A stretch of 64,000 nt of DNA from positions 1-64,000 of the forward strand of contig CAVTHK010000005.1 of NCBI GenBank assembly GCA_963734495.1, in the 5' to 3' direction. The translations under genes were made by a program, and so were the position numbers. Below the pieces are notes generated by a model. It saw only the letters and a program-made list of their open reading frames with translations, was not told the origin of the DNA and made no database searches. The DNA comes from an uncultured Spirochaetota bacterium. GTDB lineage: Bacteria > Spirochaetota > Spirochaetia > SZUA-6 > CAVTHK01. Of this stretch, positions 9,744-18,835 are shown in pieces (positions within the stretch are counted from its first letter, which is position 1; each line of letters begins with the position of its first letter).

Positions 9744-10727
9744 ATGAAACACGTATCCATCCTCGTCCCCAGAGGAGCCGCGGTGCTCGGGTGCATCGAA
9801 GGCGCTTTCATCATGTTCACCAAGGCGAACGAGTTCCTCGCGAGCCGGGGGAGGCAGCCGCTGTTCGACGTGCAGCTGGTGGGGCTCTCGAGAGAGCCGC
9901 AGGTCTACGACCGGCTGTTCACCGTGAGCCCCGACGCCGCGATCGCAGCGGTGAGGAAGACGGATCTCGTGATCATCCCGGCAGTCAACGGCGAACGGGA
10001 GGAAGTCATCGCGGCGAACAAGGGCTTCCTGCCCTGGATCGTCCGGCAGTACGAGGGCGGCGCCGAGGTGGCCAGTCTTTGCGTGGGCGCGTTCCTGCTC
10101 GCTGCGACGGGATTGCTCAGCGGCAGGAGGTGCTCGACTCACTGGCTGGCCGCGAACGACTTCAAGAGGCTGTTCCCGGAAGTGACCCTGGTCCCCGACT
10201 CGATCATCACCGACCAGGACCGCATCTACTCGAGTGGAGGCGCGCTTTCGTTCTGGAACCTCCTCGTCTACCTGATCGAGAAGTACGTCGACCGCGAGAT
10301 GGCCATATTCACTTCGAAATTCTACGAGATCGAAATCGACCGCTCGAACCAGTCGTGCTTCCTGATCTTCAACGGCCAGAAGGATCATCCGGACGACGCA
10401 GTGAGGAAGGTGCAGGACTACATCGAGGCCCACTATCGGGACAGGATCACCGTGGACCGGCTGTGCAGCATGTTCGCGCTGGGCCGCAGGAGCCTGGAGC
10501 GGAGGTTCAAGCGGGCCACCGGCAACACGGTCACGGAGTACGCGCAAAGGGTCAGGATCGAGGCCGCGAAGCGGAGCTTCGAGGCGAGCCGGAAGAACAT
10601 CGCCGAGGTGATGTACGAGGTGGGCTACTCCGACACCAAGGCCTTCCGCACGATCTTCAGGCGAGTCACAGGCATGTCGCCCCTGGAGTACCGGAACAGG
10701 TACAACAGGGAATCCATCTCGGCCTGA
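9744..10727 (+). CDS. GlxA-family (DJ-1/PfpI plus AraC HTH) transcriptional regulator
   Basis: SLCVGAFLLA, STHW, LERRFK, VGYSDTKAFR. Confidence 0.93.
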   Translation: MKHVSILVPRGAAVLGCIEGAFIMFTKANEFLASRGRQPLFDVQLVGLSREPQVYDRLFTVSPDAAIAAVRKTDLVIIPAVNGEREEVIAANKGFLPWIVRQYEGGAEVASLCVGAFLLAATGLLSGRRCSTHWLAANDFKRLFPEVTLVPDSIITDQDRIYSSGGALSFWNLLVYLIEKYVDREMAIFTSKFYEIEIDRSNQSCFLIFNGQKDHPDDAVRKVQDYIEAHYRDRITVDRLCSMFALGRRSLERRFKRATGNTVTEYAQRVRIEAAKRSFEASRKNIAEVMYEVGYSDTKAFRTIFRRVTGMSPLEYRNRYNRESISA

Positions 10728-10749
10728 GGGTCCGCCGCGCCCGGGGCCC

Positions 10750-10803
10750 GGCCTTGTCGCGCCTCGCGGCCATGTTGCGCCTTGCGGCCTTGTCGCGCCT
10801 CGC
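10750..10803. repeat. 3 x 18-bp tandem repeat
   Basis: GGCCTTGTCGCGCCTCGC / GGCCATGTTGCGCCTTGC / GGCCTTGTCGCGCCTCGC. Confidence 0.85.
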
Positions 10804-10937
10804 CCCTCCTTGCCCCCGGAAGCCGCGCGGAATTAGACTTCCAGCAGCGACGTTGAGCGTGGTCTGCGGCGGACGGCCGGGTCGCAATCGAATTGCGGCC
10901 CTCGCCTGGCGGCTTAGCCGCGTTCGAGGAGTCACAG

Positions 10938-11480
10938 ATGAGCAGCAGAATCGCGGTCCTTGTCGGCAGCCTCCGCAAGGAATCGTTCAGCCGCAAGGCA
11001 GCCAGGGCCCTCATGGCGCTCGCCCCGAGGTCTCTGGAGCTCGAGATCGTGGAGATCGGCGGGCTCGCGCTGTACGACGCGGACCTCGAGGAGAAGCCGC
11101 CCGCGGCGTGGGTGGAGTTTCGCAGCCGCGTCAAGGGTTTCGACGGCGTGCTGTTCGTGACGCCGGAGTACAACCGCTCGGTCCCCGCCCCGCTCAAGAA
11201 CGCGATCGACGTCGGGTCGAGACCCTACGGCAAGAGCGTCTGGGATGGAAAGCCCGGAGCGGTCGTCAGCGTCTCGCCGGGATCCATCGGCGCGTTCGGC
11301 GCCAACCATCACTTGAGGCAGTCTCTCGTGTTCCTGAACGTGCGCACGCTCCAGCAGCCCGAGGCCTACATCGGCGGCGCGGCGGACCTGTTCGACGAAA
11401 AGGGAAACCTCAAGAACGAGAGCACGCGGGAGTTCATGCAGAAGTTCATGTCTGCGTACGCCGACTGGGTCTCCAGGTAG
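10938..11480 (+). CDS. NADPH-dependent FMN reductase (ChrR/YieF-like)
   Basis: VGSLRKES, TPEYNRS, LKNAIDVGSRPYG. Confidence 0.93.
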   Translation: MSSRIAVLVGSLRKESFSRKAARALMALAPRSLELEIVEIGGLALYDADLEEKPPAAWVEFRSRVKGFDGVLFVTPEYNRSVPAPLKNAIDVGSRPYGKSVWDGKPGAVVSVSPGSIGAFGANHHLRQSLVFLNVRTLQQPEAYIGGAADLFDEKGNLKNESTREFMQKFMSAYADWVSR

Positions 11481-11528
11481 GCGTCGCGGCGCCGCGCGCG
11501 GCGCCGCGACGCTTGGAGCCGGCCGCGC

Positions 11529-12437
11529 CTACGGCGCGTCCAGAAAAGGGGTGACGACTGCGGGCAGGGCCGGCGACACGAAGATGTCGTAGTGCGTCGT
11601 GTGCGGCAGGATCGCGAGCTGAGCCGGCGGCCGGCCCGTGCCGTCCCACCCAGCGTCGCGCTTGCCGCCGCCCAGCAGGCCGAAGAAATCCACGACGCCC
11701 GCGGTGCGGACAGCGTCGGCGTCGCCGGCGACGAGGAGCACGGGCATCGTGAGCGACGCCACGCCGTTCGACCAGTCGTAGTCGCGCACGAGCAGATCGT
11801 GCAACTTGGTGAGCAGGACAGGCCAGTCCTGCGGCTTCGGCGCGATGTGTGAATAGAGGTCGTACATCGGCGTCTGCTTCATCGCCTCCGCGGCCTGCGG
11901 GCCCAACTGTGCTTCTCCGGCGAGGATCTCCGGGTACCACCCGCCCTGGCTGTAAGCGGTCGAGACGAGCACGAGCCTTCGCACGACTTCGGGGTGGCGG
12001 ATCGCCGTCTGCAGCGCGACGCCGCCTCCCAGCGAGTAGCCCATGACGTCGGCCTTCGCGAAGCCAAGGTACCTGATGAGCGCGGCGACGTCGTCCCCCA
12101 TCGCCTCGTAGGACATGGGGCGGTCGATGTCGGCCGTGCGCCCGTGGCCCTGGAGGTCGGCCGCGATCACCTGCCGGTTCGCGGCCAGCGCCGCGATGTT
12201 GGGTCCGAACATCTCGATCGCGCCGAAGCCGCCGTGGAGCAGCACGAGCGGCTGGCCTTTGCCGTAGACCTCGTAGTACATCGCGAGACCATTGACCGGC
12301 GCGTAGCCGGCCTTGAACGGTTTCGGCGGCAGGACCGCGCCCCCCTGGCCGGACGCCACGGTCTGCGCGGAGACTGTCGCGCGGATGACGACCAGAATGG
12401 CGATCGCTGCGATCGCCGTGAATGTCCTCTTGAGCAT
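11529..12437 (-). CDS. Exported alpha/beta hydrolase
   Basis: Signal peptide, LLHGG, DLQGHG, GYSLGG nucleophile elbow. Confidence 0.9.
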   Translation of the reverse strand: MLKRTFTAIAAIAILVVIRATVSAQTVASGQGGAVLPPKPFKAGYAPVNGLAMYYEVYGKGQPLVLLHGGFGAIEMFGPNIAALAANRQVIAADLQGHGRTADIDRPMSYEAMGDDVAALIRYLGFAKADVMGYSLGGGVALQTAIRHPEVVRRLVLVSTAYSQGGWYPEILAGEAQLGPQAAEAMKQTPMYDLYSHIAPKPQDWPVLLTKLHDLLVRDYDWSNGVASLTMPVLLVAGDADAVRTAGVVDFFGLLGGGKRDAGWDGTGRPPAQLAILPHTTHYDIFVSPALPAVVTPFLDAP

Positions 12438-12481
12438 GCTTGCCTCCTGTACCAATCGTTGTCGCGCGGCGCCGCGCCCGC

Positions 12482-12853
12482 CTACTTCGATGGCGGGAAC
12501 GCCGGCTCCCCGTACATCTCCCGGATCTCCGTCTCGCCGTCACCGGCGATCTTGAGGAATCGCCTGCTCAGCTCGACGGCCTCCGCCTTTGACCGGCACT
12601 TGACGATGGCGAACCCGCCGATGATCTCCTTGGCCTCTGAGAAGGGGCCGTCGGTCACCGTGACCTTGCCGCGATCCTGGCGCACGAGCGCGCCGCGCGA
12701 GCTCGGCAGGAGGCCATCGGTCGCCTGCAGGACGCCCGACTTCGCCGTCTCTTCAATGAACTTGCCCATCTCGGCCATTTCCCTCTCGGTCGGGGGCGCT
12801 CCGGCCTCCATCGACTTCCGGTCGGCGGGCGTGTAGATCATCATGAACCGCAT
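12482..12853 (-). CDS. YciI/DGPF-family protein
   Basis: VTDGPFSEAKEIIGGF. Confidence 0.92.
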   Translation of the reverse strand: MRFMMIYTPADRKSMEAGAPPTEREMAEMGKFIEETAKSGVLQATDGLLPSSRGALVRQDRGKVTVTDGPFSEAKEIIGGFAIVKCRSKAEAVELSRRFLKIAGDGETEIREMYGEPAFPPSK

Positions 12854-12911
12854 GGTCCTTCTCCCTGGACTTCGAGTGTAAGGCGGCTTCGTTCCCGCCT
12901 CCGCAAGATAC

Positions 12912-12938
12912 GACGAACGGCGTGCGCCGGGATCGACA
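12912..12938 (-). promoter_or_regulatory. ECF42-type promoter
   Basis: TGTCGA-N17-CGTC upstream of a DGPF gene. Confidence 0.65.
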
Positions 12939-12968
12939 CCTCCCCGCGAGATGCCTGCCGGCGGGCGC

Positions 12969-14153
12969 TCACGCCGGCGCGAGCCAGGACACGAGCGCGC
13001 CGCCCGCCGCGCCCGCGATCACGGCGACCCACGGCGGCAGCTTCCAGAACTGCAGGAGCCCGAACAGGACGGCGGCCAGCCCCACGTCGGCGGGCGCGCG
13101 GACTGCCGAGGTCCACAGCGGGTCGTACAGGGCTGCAAGCAGGATGCCGACCACCGCCGCGTTGATCCCGTCGAGCGCCGCCCTGATCCGGCTGTCCGCG
13201 CGGATCATGCCCCAGAACGGCAGCGCCCCGACGATCAGCAGGAACGCCGGAAGAAAGATGGACGCGAGCGCAAGGGCCGCTCCGGCCGCGCCGCCGATCA
13301 GCGCGCCCAGGTACGCGGAGAACGTGAACAGGGGGCCCGGCACGGCCTGGGCCGCCGCGTACCCGGCGAGAAAGTCATCGCGGGTCACCCAGCCTGTGGG
13401 CACGACCTCGCGCTCGAGCAGGGGCAGCACGACGTGCCCGCCGCCGAAGACCAGGGAGCCCGACCGGTAGAACGCGTCAGCCACGGCCACCCAGCGATTC
13501 CCCGCGAGCGATCGCGCCGCCGGCAGCGCGATGAGGAGCGCGAAGAAGACCGCGAGGCACGCGACCCCCGTGCGCCGCGACACGGGCACGGGAGGCGGCG
13601 CGGTGTCCCCGTCCCCGGCGCTGCGAAACAGAGCGAGGCCCGCGATCCCCGCGGCAACGATCACGAGCACCTGCGAGAGCGCGGTGCGCCACGCCAGCAG
13701 GATCGTCATGGATAGGATCGCGACGGTCGCGCGGCTCGCGTCGGCGGCGAGCCTGCGGCCCATCGTGAGCACCGCCTGCGCGACGACGGCGACCGCGACC
13801 ACCTTGAGGCCGTGGATCCAGCCCGCCCCCTCCAAGGCGACCCCTCGCATCAGGACGGCAAACAGAAAAAGAAAAAAGGCAGACGGCAGCGTGAATCCGA
13901 CCCACGCCGCGATCCCGCCCGCAACCCCGCAGCGCAGAGTGCCGATGGCGATGCCGAGCTGGCTGCTGGCGGGACCGGGGAGCACCTGGCACAACGCCAC
14001 GAGGTCGCCGTAGCTCCGCTCGTCGAGCCACCGCCTCTTTTCGACGTACTCGCGATGAAAGAAGCCGAGGTGGGCGATCGGGCCGCCAAAGGAGGTGAGG
14101 CCGAGCCTGCCGGAGACCGCAAGCACGCTCCAGAGAGCGGGCACAGTCGGCAT
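12969..14153 (-). CDS. chrA: Chromate efflux transporter (long-chain CHR)
   Basis: SFGGPIAH, LPGPASSQ, VFGGGHVVLP, VPGPLFT. Confidence 0.92.
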   Translation of the reverse strand: MPTVPALWSVLAVSGRLGLTSFGGPIAHLGFFHREYVEKRRWLDERSYGDLVALCQVLPGPASSQLGIAIGTLRCGVAGGIAAWVGFTLPSAFFLFLFAVLMRGVALEGAGWIHGLKVVAVAVVAQAVLTMGRRLAADASRATVAILSMTILLAWRTALSQVLVIVAAGIAGLALFRSAGDGDTAPPPVPVSRRTGVACLAVFFALLIALPAARSLAGNRWVAVADAFYRSGSLVFGGGHVVLPLLEREVVPTGWVTRDDFLAGYAAAQAVPGPLFTFSAYLGALIGGAAGAALALASIFLPAFLLIVGALPFWGMIRADSRIRAALDGINAAVVGILLAALYDPLWTSAVRAPADVGLAAVLFGLLQFWKLPPWVAVIAGAAGGALVSWLAPA

Positions 14154-14235
14154 GACCGTCAAGATGCTCTCCCGCGACGGCCCGCCGGCAACCGCGCTTG
14201 CGTGCCGCGAGTGTTGTCCGATAGGCTGACTCCGG

Positions 14236-15450
14236 ATGAGCGACAACGGCCGCCTCGCGCCCCCGACCACCCGGACGCCTGGCCGAGCTGGCACTGCTGT
14301 TCGCCAGGCTCGGCTTTACGTCGTTCGGAGGGCCCGCCGCGCACGTCGCGCTCATGGAGCAGGAGGTGGTACGCAGGAGGAAGTGGGTCGACGAAGCCCA
14401 CTTCATGGACATGGTGTCCGCGGTCAACTTTATCCCCGGCCCCAACGCGACGGAGCTCGCGATCCACATCGGCCAGCTCCGCGCGGGCACGCCCGGCCTG
14501 GTGATCGCCGGCGCCTGCTTCATCGTCCCGGCGATGCTGATCAGCATCCCGCTCGCGTGGGCCTACGCGGCCTGGGGCACGCTCCCGCAGGCCGTCCCGA
14601 CGCTGCGCGCGATCGGCGCCGCGATCGTCGCCGTCGTGGTCGCTGCCACGGTCCGCTTCGGGCGGACCGCGCTCGCAAGCCCCTTCGCGATCGCGGTGGG
14701 CGCCTCGGCGCCGCGGCCGCCTCGTTCGCGCTCTCCCGCTACGCGCGCGTCCAGCCGGAGATCCCGCTGCTGCTCGCCGCGGCGCTGCTCGGGGCCGCGC
14801 GCGCAGCGGCGCGGCGCGGAGGCGGCGGCCGCGGCGCGAGGACGCTGGCGCTCGCGCTGCCCGCGCTCTTCTGGACCGAAGCCGGTCGCATGACGCTCAT
14901 CCTCCTCAAGATCGGGGCGACCCTCTTTGGAAGCGGCTACGTGCTCATCAGCTACCTCGAGAGCGAGCTCGTCGACCGCGCGGGCTGGCTCACTCAAGCG
15001 CAGCTCGTCGACACGATCGCCGTGGGGCAGTTCACGCCGGGGCCGCTGCTGAGCAGCGCGACGTTCGCCGGCTACCTGCTGGGCGCGCTCAAGTTCGGCG
15101 GCGGGGTCGCGGGCGGAGTGATCGCGGCCGTGCTCGCCACGGCGGCGATCTTCTCGCCTTCATTTCTTCTCGTGGCCGTCTTCGGGCCGATGCTGCAGCG
15201 GCTGCGTTCCCTTGGCTGGGCCCGGGGCGCGCTCGACGCGATGAACGCCGCGGTGGTCGGGCTCATGGCGACCGCCGCGGTCCGGCTGGGCGCGGCCGCC
15301 CTGCTGGCTCCCGGGACGATGCGGGCAGACCTGGTCGGCGCCGCCGTCTTCGCCGCCTCGCTGCTCGCCCTGCGCGCAAAGGTCAACGCGACCTGGCTGG
15401 TCGTCGCCGCCGGCGCGGTCGGCACCATCCTTTCCCTGCTGCGCGCGTAG
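14236..15450 (+). CDS. chrA: Second chromate efflux transporter (long-chain CHR), frameshifted near 14260 and 14705
   Basis: SFGGPAAH, IPGPNATELA in one frame; LFGSGYVL, FTPGPL in another. Confidence 0.85.
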   Translation: MSDNGRLAPPTTRTPGRAGTAVRQARLYVVRRARRARRAHGAGGGTQEEVGRRSPLHGHGVRGQLYPRPQRDGARDPHRPAPRGHARPGDRRRLLHRPGDADQHPARVGLRGLGHAPAGRPDAARDRRRDRRRRGRCHGPLRADRARKPLRDRGGRLGAAAASFALSRYARVQPEIPLLLAAALLGAARAAARRGGGGRGARTLALALPALFWTEAGRMTLILLKIGATLFGSGYVLISYLESELVDRAGWLTQAQLVDTIAVGQFTPGPLLSSATFAGYLLGALKFGGGVAGGVIAAVLATAAIFSPSFLLVAVFGPMLQRLRSLGWARGALDAMNAAVVGLMATAAVRLGAAALLAPGTMRADLVGAAVFAASLLALRAKVNATWLVVAAGAVGTILSLLRA

Positions 15451-15585
15451 AGCGCCGATTCTGCGCATTCATCCGAGGCCCGGCAGAAGTTGCGCACCCC
15501 GCCGCCCGGTCGCCCGTCGCGCGGTACTGACGCCAACTCACGGCGGGAAAGCCAGATACGCCAGAAACGAGACGATAACGCACTG

Positions 15586-15602
15586 TTGGCACAGTACGTG
15601 CA
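15586..15602 (+). promoter_or_regulatory. sigma54 (-24/-12) promoter
   Basis: TTGGCACAGTACGTGCA: GG-N10-GC, ~80 nt before the ATG at 15682. Confidence 0.7.
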
Positions 15603-15681
15603 ATTCCCAACAACCACGCCCGCCGCGTTGCTTAAGAGCGCCGGGCCGTGAGAAGCTGCTCAAAACAAAAGGGGGCCCTCG

Positions 15682-16844
15682 ATGGCAAATGAAAAGTCCG
15701 ACCGGAAGGCGCAGAAGAGCTATCGCGCCGTGCGCACCGCGGTTCTCGTGTTCTTCCTCGTGCTGTCCACCGCGCTCGGCATCATGCACCAGTACTCGAC
15801 GGTGCTCAAACCGGTCGGGGTCGACGCTCTCGATCCGTTCGGCGCGATCGAGTCCACGCTCAGCGTCCTGGTCTCCGGGAACCTGCTCGAGAAGATCGCG
15901 TGGACCAGCTTTATCCTGCTGCTGGCCACGCTCATCGCCGCGGTCCTCTTCCGCCGCGTCTTCTGCGGCGAGATCTGCGCGTTCGGCGCGCTGCAGGAGG
16001 TCGTCGCGCGGCTCGGCAGGCGCATCTTCCGCAAGCGGCTCGCGGTTCCCGAAGCGATCGACAAGCCGGCGCGTTTCCTCAAGTACGCGATCCTGGTCGT
16101 CGTCGTCGTCATGTCCTTCGCGACCGCGAGCCTGTGGATCCGCCCCTACGACCCCTGGGCCGCCTACCATCACATCGTGTCCGTCGAGCTCGTCTCCGGC
16201 TACCTGGTCGGCCTCATCCTGCTGATCGTGAGCCTGGCCGGCTCTCTCCTCTACGATCGATTCTTCTGCAAGTACCTCTGCCCGATGGGCGGGTTCCTCG
16301 GCCTGATCAACCGCATCGGCTGGTTCCGCATCAAGCGCGTCGACGCGACCTGCACGCACTGCATGGCCTGCAACAAGGCGTGCCCCGTGAACATCAAGGT
16401 CGAGTCCGTCGCGCAGGTGAGCTCCTCGGAGTGCATCAACTGCAACCTCTGCGTCGCCTCCTGCCCCGTCAAGGACACGCTCGTCGTCGAAGGCCCGCGC
16501 CGCGGACGGATCTCCCCGCAGGGCGTCCTCTGGATCACGGTCGCGGATCTTCGTCGCCACGCTCGGGATCTCGACCGCGGCCGGCGGCGCCGGAGTGGAC
16601 CGTCAAGAGCATCGAGCAGACGACCGTGGAAAAGGGCGCCTTCGACCCGACGCAGATCAAGGGCACCGACACCTTCAAGCAGGTCTCCGAGCTCTCGGGC
16701 ATCCCCAAGGCCGAGTTCCTCGCGAAGTTCAAGATCAGCGACAAGGACTTCGAGAGCCCGATCCGCGACGCTGCTCACCGCGAAGGCTCGAGCTTCGACA
16801 CGACCGCCGTCAAGGACTGGGTGATCGAGAGATTGAAGAAGTAA
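15682..16844 (+). CDS. Membrane 4Fe-4S polyferredoxin (NapH/MauN-like) with C-terminal extracytoplasmic domain; two +1 frameshifts near 16546 and 16592
   Basis: FCGEICAFG, FCKYLCPMG, CTHCMACNKACP, CINCNLCVASCP. Confidence 0.88.
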
Positions 16845-16873
16845 CCCGCGCCGGCATCCGCCGCTCCAGGCGA

Positions 16874-16902
16874 TGAAACCTCGACCGCGCGGGCGCGTAT
16901 AG
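16874..16902 (+). promoter_or_regulatory. ECF (SigW-like) promoter, copy 1
   Basis: TGAAAC-N16-CGTATAG. Confidence 0.7.
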
Positions 16903-16903
16903 C

Positions 16904-17569
16904 TTGAGTGGCGGACCGCGGCCGTTCGCGGTCCGCCGCCGAGGTGATCGTCTGCGTCCCCCGTCATCCGAAAACACCGATTCCGCCGACCTCCTCGCGG
17001 TCCAGCGGGCCCTCCGCGGGGAGGAGGCCGGCTTCCGCGAGCTGGTCGATCGCTACACGGCGATGCTGTTCGCGCTCGCGGCGCGGATGCTCGGCGACCG
17101 CGAGGAGGCTGCCGACGCGGTGCAGGAGATCTTCCTGCGCGCGTACCGCGCCCTGCCCCGCTTCCGGCTGGGCGCGCGCTTCCACACATGGCTGTACACG
17201 ATCGCGCTCAACTGGCTGCGCTCGCGTCTGCGTTCGCGGCGCAGCCGCCGCCGCATCGAGGCACGGCTCCCGCTTCCGGATGCCGGCCCGGATCCTGGCG
17301 ACGTCGCGCTCGACCGCGAATCGGAGCGCCTCGCCGCCGAAGCGCTCGAGCGCCTCGCCCCGCGCTACCGCGAGCCGTTCGTCCTCAGGCACTCGCAGGA
17401 GCTCTCGATCCGCGAGATCGGCGAGGCTCTCGGTCTTCCCGAAGGCACGGTCAAGGTCCGCCTGCACAGGGCGCGGCTCCTGCTGGCGAAGGCGCTGGAG
17501 CGCGGCGCGCCCGAGGCGGAGGCGGCGACCGAAGATGCGGTGAAACCGATGTGTGATCGGGGAGTATAG
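16904..17569 (+). CDS. ECF RNA polymerase sigma factor (start uncertain, possibly CTG at 16952)
   Basis: DAVQEIFLRAY, FHTWLYTIALN, EIGEALGLPEGTVKVRLHRAR. Confidence 0.92.
   Translation: MSGGPRPFAVRRRGDRLRPPSSENTDSADLLAVQRALRGEEAGFRELVDRYTAMLFALAARMLGDREEAADAVQEIFLRAYRALPRFRLGARFHTWLYTIALNWLRSRLRSRRSRRRIEARLPLPDAGPDPGDVALDRESERLAAEALERLAPRYREPFVLRHSQELSIREIGEALGLPEGTVKVRLHRARLLLAKALERGAPEAEAATEDAVKPMCDRGV
17541..17569 (+). promoter_or_regulatory. ECF (SigW-like) promoter, copy 2, overlapping the sigma stop codon
   Basis: TGAAAC-N16-AGTATAG, 4 nt before the ATG at 17574. Confidence 0.7.
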
Positions 17570-17573
17570 GTCT

Positions 17574-18209
17574 ATGGAGAGCGAGATGAGCTGCCGGACC
17601 TGGCGCAGGGAGTTCAGAAAGTGGTTCGAGCAGGCCGATGCGGCCGGCGCTCCGGCGGGGATCCCGCCGGAGCTGGCCGAGCACGCCTCGAGGTGCCGCG
17701 AATGCGCTGCCCGGCTTCGGGCAGCGCAGCGGCTCCTGACCCCCGCCTCCGAGCCGGCCCCCGAGGGCCTGAGCGACCGGGTGTGGGACTACGTGTCCGC
17801 GCGCAGCGAGCGCGAGCTCGCGAAGCGGCGCGCGGGGGCCGGGGCCGCCCGGACGCCGCGCAAGACGGCGCTGAGGCTCCTCCCGGTCGCTGCGGCGATC
17901 GCGATCGCGGCCGCGGGCGGCTACCTCTTCGCGCGCGAAGAGCGCGAGGTCGTCACCGTGCGCCTTTCGATCGACGCGCCGGGCGCTAAGGAGGTATCCG
18001 TGGTCGGCGACTGGAACGGGTGGAGTCCCGAGAAGAACCGCCTGGTCGACCGCGGCAACGGGGTCTGGGAAGCCACGGTGCGGCTGCACCGGCTTCGCGA
18101 GTACCGCTACCAGTTCCTGGTCGACGGCGAGCGGTGGGTCCCGGACCCGCAGGCTCCGGTGTCGATCGACGACGGGTTCGGCGGTCGCAGCTCCGTTCTC
18201 CAACTTTAG
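17574..18209 (+). CDS. Zinc-finger anti-sigma factor with TM helix and CBM48/AMPK-beta-like glycogen-binding domain
   Basis: HASRCREC (HxxxCxxC), TM segment, VSVVGDWNGW...YRYQFLVDGERWVPDP...DDGFGG. Confidence 0.85.
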   Translation: MESEMSCRTWRREFRKWFEQADAAGAPAGIPPELAEHASRCRECAARLRAAQRLLTPASEPAPEGLSDRVWDYVSARSERELAKRRAGAGAARTPRKTALRLLPVAAAIAIAAAGGYLFAREEREVVTVRLSIDAPGAKEVSVVGDWNGWSPEKNRLVDRGNGVWEATVRLHRLREYRYQFLVDGERWVPDPQAPVSIDDGFGGRSSVLQL

Positions 18210-18256
18210 CTCCCCCGAGCGGGGAAGCCCTCTGGAAGAGGGCAAGGAGGATCGTG

Positions 18257-18835
18257 ATGAAGAAATGTGTCGTCGTTCTGGTGCTGGCCGTCCTGGCCGC
18301 GACGCTCGCTGTCGCCCAGGAGCAGGATCGGCTCTACGTGCAGGAGCTGCTGCGCCTGATGGAGCGCGAGGGGTGGAAGGCCTCGGAGACCGGGGAGCTG
18401 GAGCAGATGATGCTGCAGCAAAGGTGGCAGTGGCAGATCTCTCCGGAGCCCGAGGCTGTCGCATTCGCCCTCGGCTACGCCCGCCAGGCGGGGCTCGCGG
18501 ACAATCCCACGGCGACCACGGAGCTGGCGCTGGAGCTTTCGCTGCACGCCGCGGAGATGAGACACCTCGGCTTCGATGCCCGCAGCATCGCGCGCGCCGA
18601 AGCCGATGCGGTCCGCGAGGCTGCCCGGACGCTCAAGGCCGAGAACGCGGACGCCACCCGGACCCAGCTCCGCGACCGGCTGCGCGACAGGCTCCGCGAC
18701 CAGATCCGCCTCCAGGAAGCGGACATGCTCCGCGAGCGCACGCGCGGCGGGGCGGGCGCGGGACAGCCGGGCCGGGCCGGAGGGCCCGAAGCGGTCCGGC
18801 GGACCCGGCGGCGGGCGACCCTAAGGGCAAGATGA
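18257..18835 (+). CDS. Exported helical hypothetical protein with RDRL repeats
   Basis: SD AAGGAGG, signal peptide MKKCVVVLVLAVLA, QLRDRLRDRLRDQIRLQE. Confidence 0.75.
   Translation: MKKCVVVLVLAVLAATLAVAQEQDRLYVQELLRLMEREGWKASETGELEQMMLQQRWQWQISPEPEAVAFALGYARQAGLADNPTATTELALELSLHAAEMRHLGFDARSIARAEADAVREAARTLKAENADATRTQLRDRLRDRLRDQIRLQEADMLRERTRGGAGAGQPGRAGGPEAVRRTRRRATLRAR

Noticed and set aside
14154..14235. Fluoride riboswitch before chrA (also checked before MFS at 26190-26347)
   Set aside because: Conserved GGCGAUGG...AAC...UGAUG core not found
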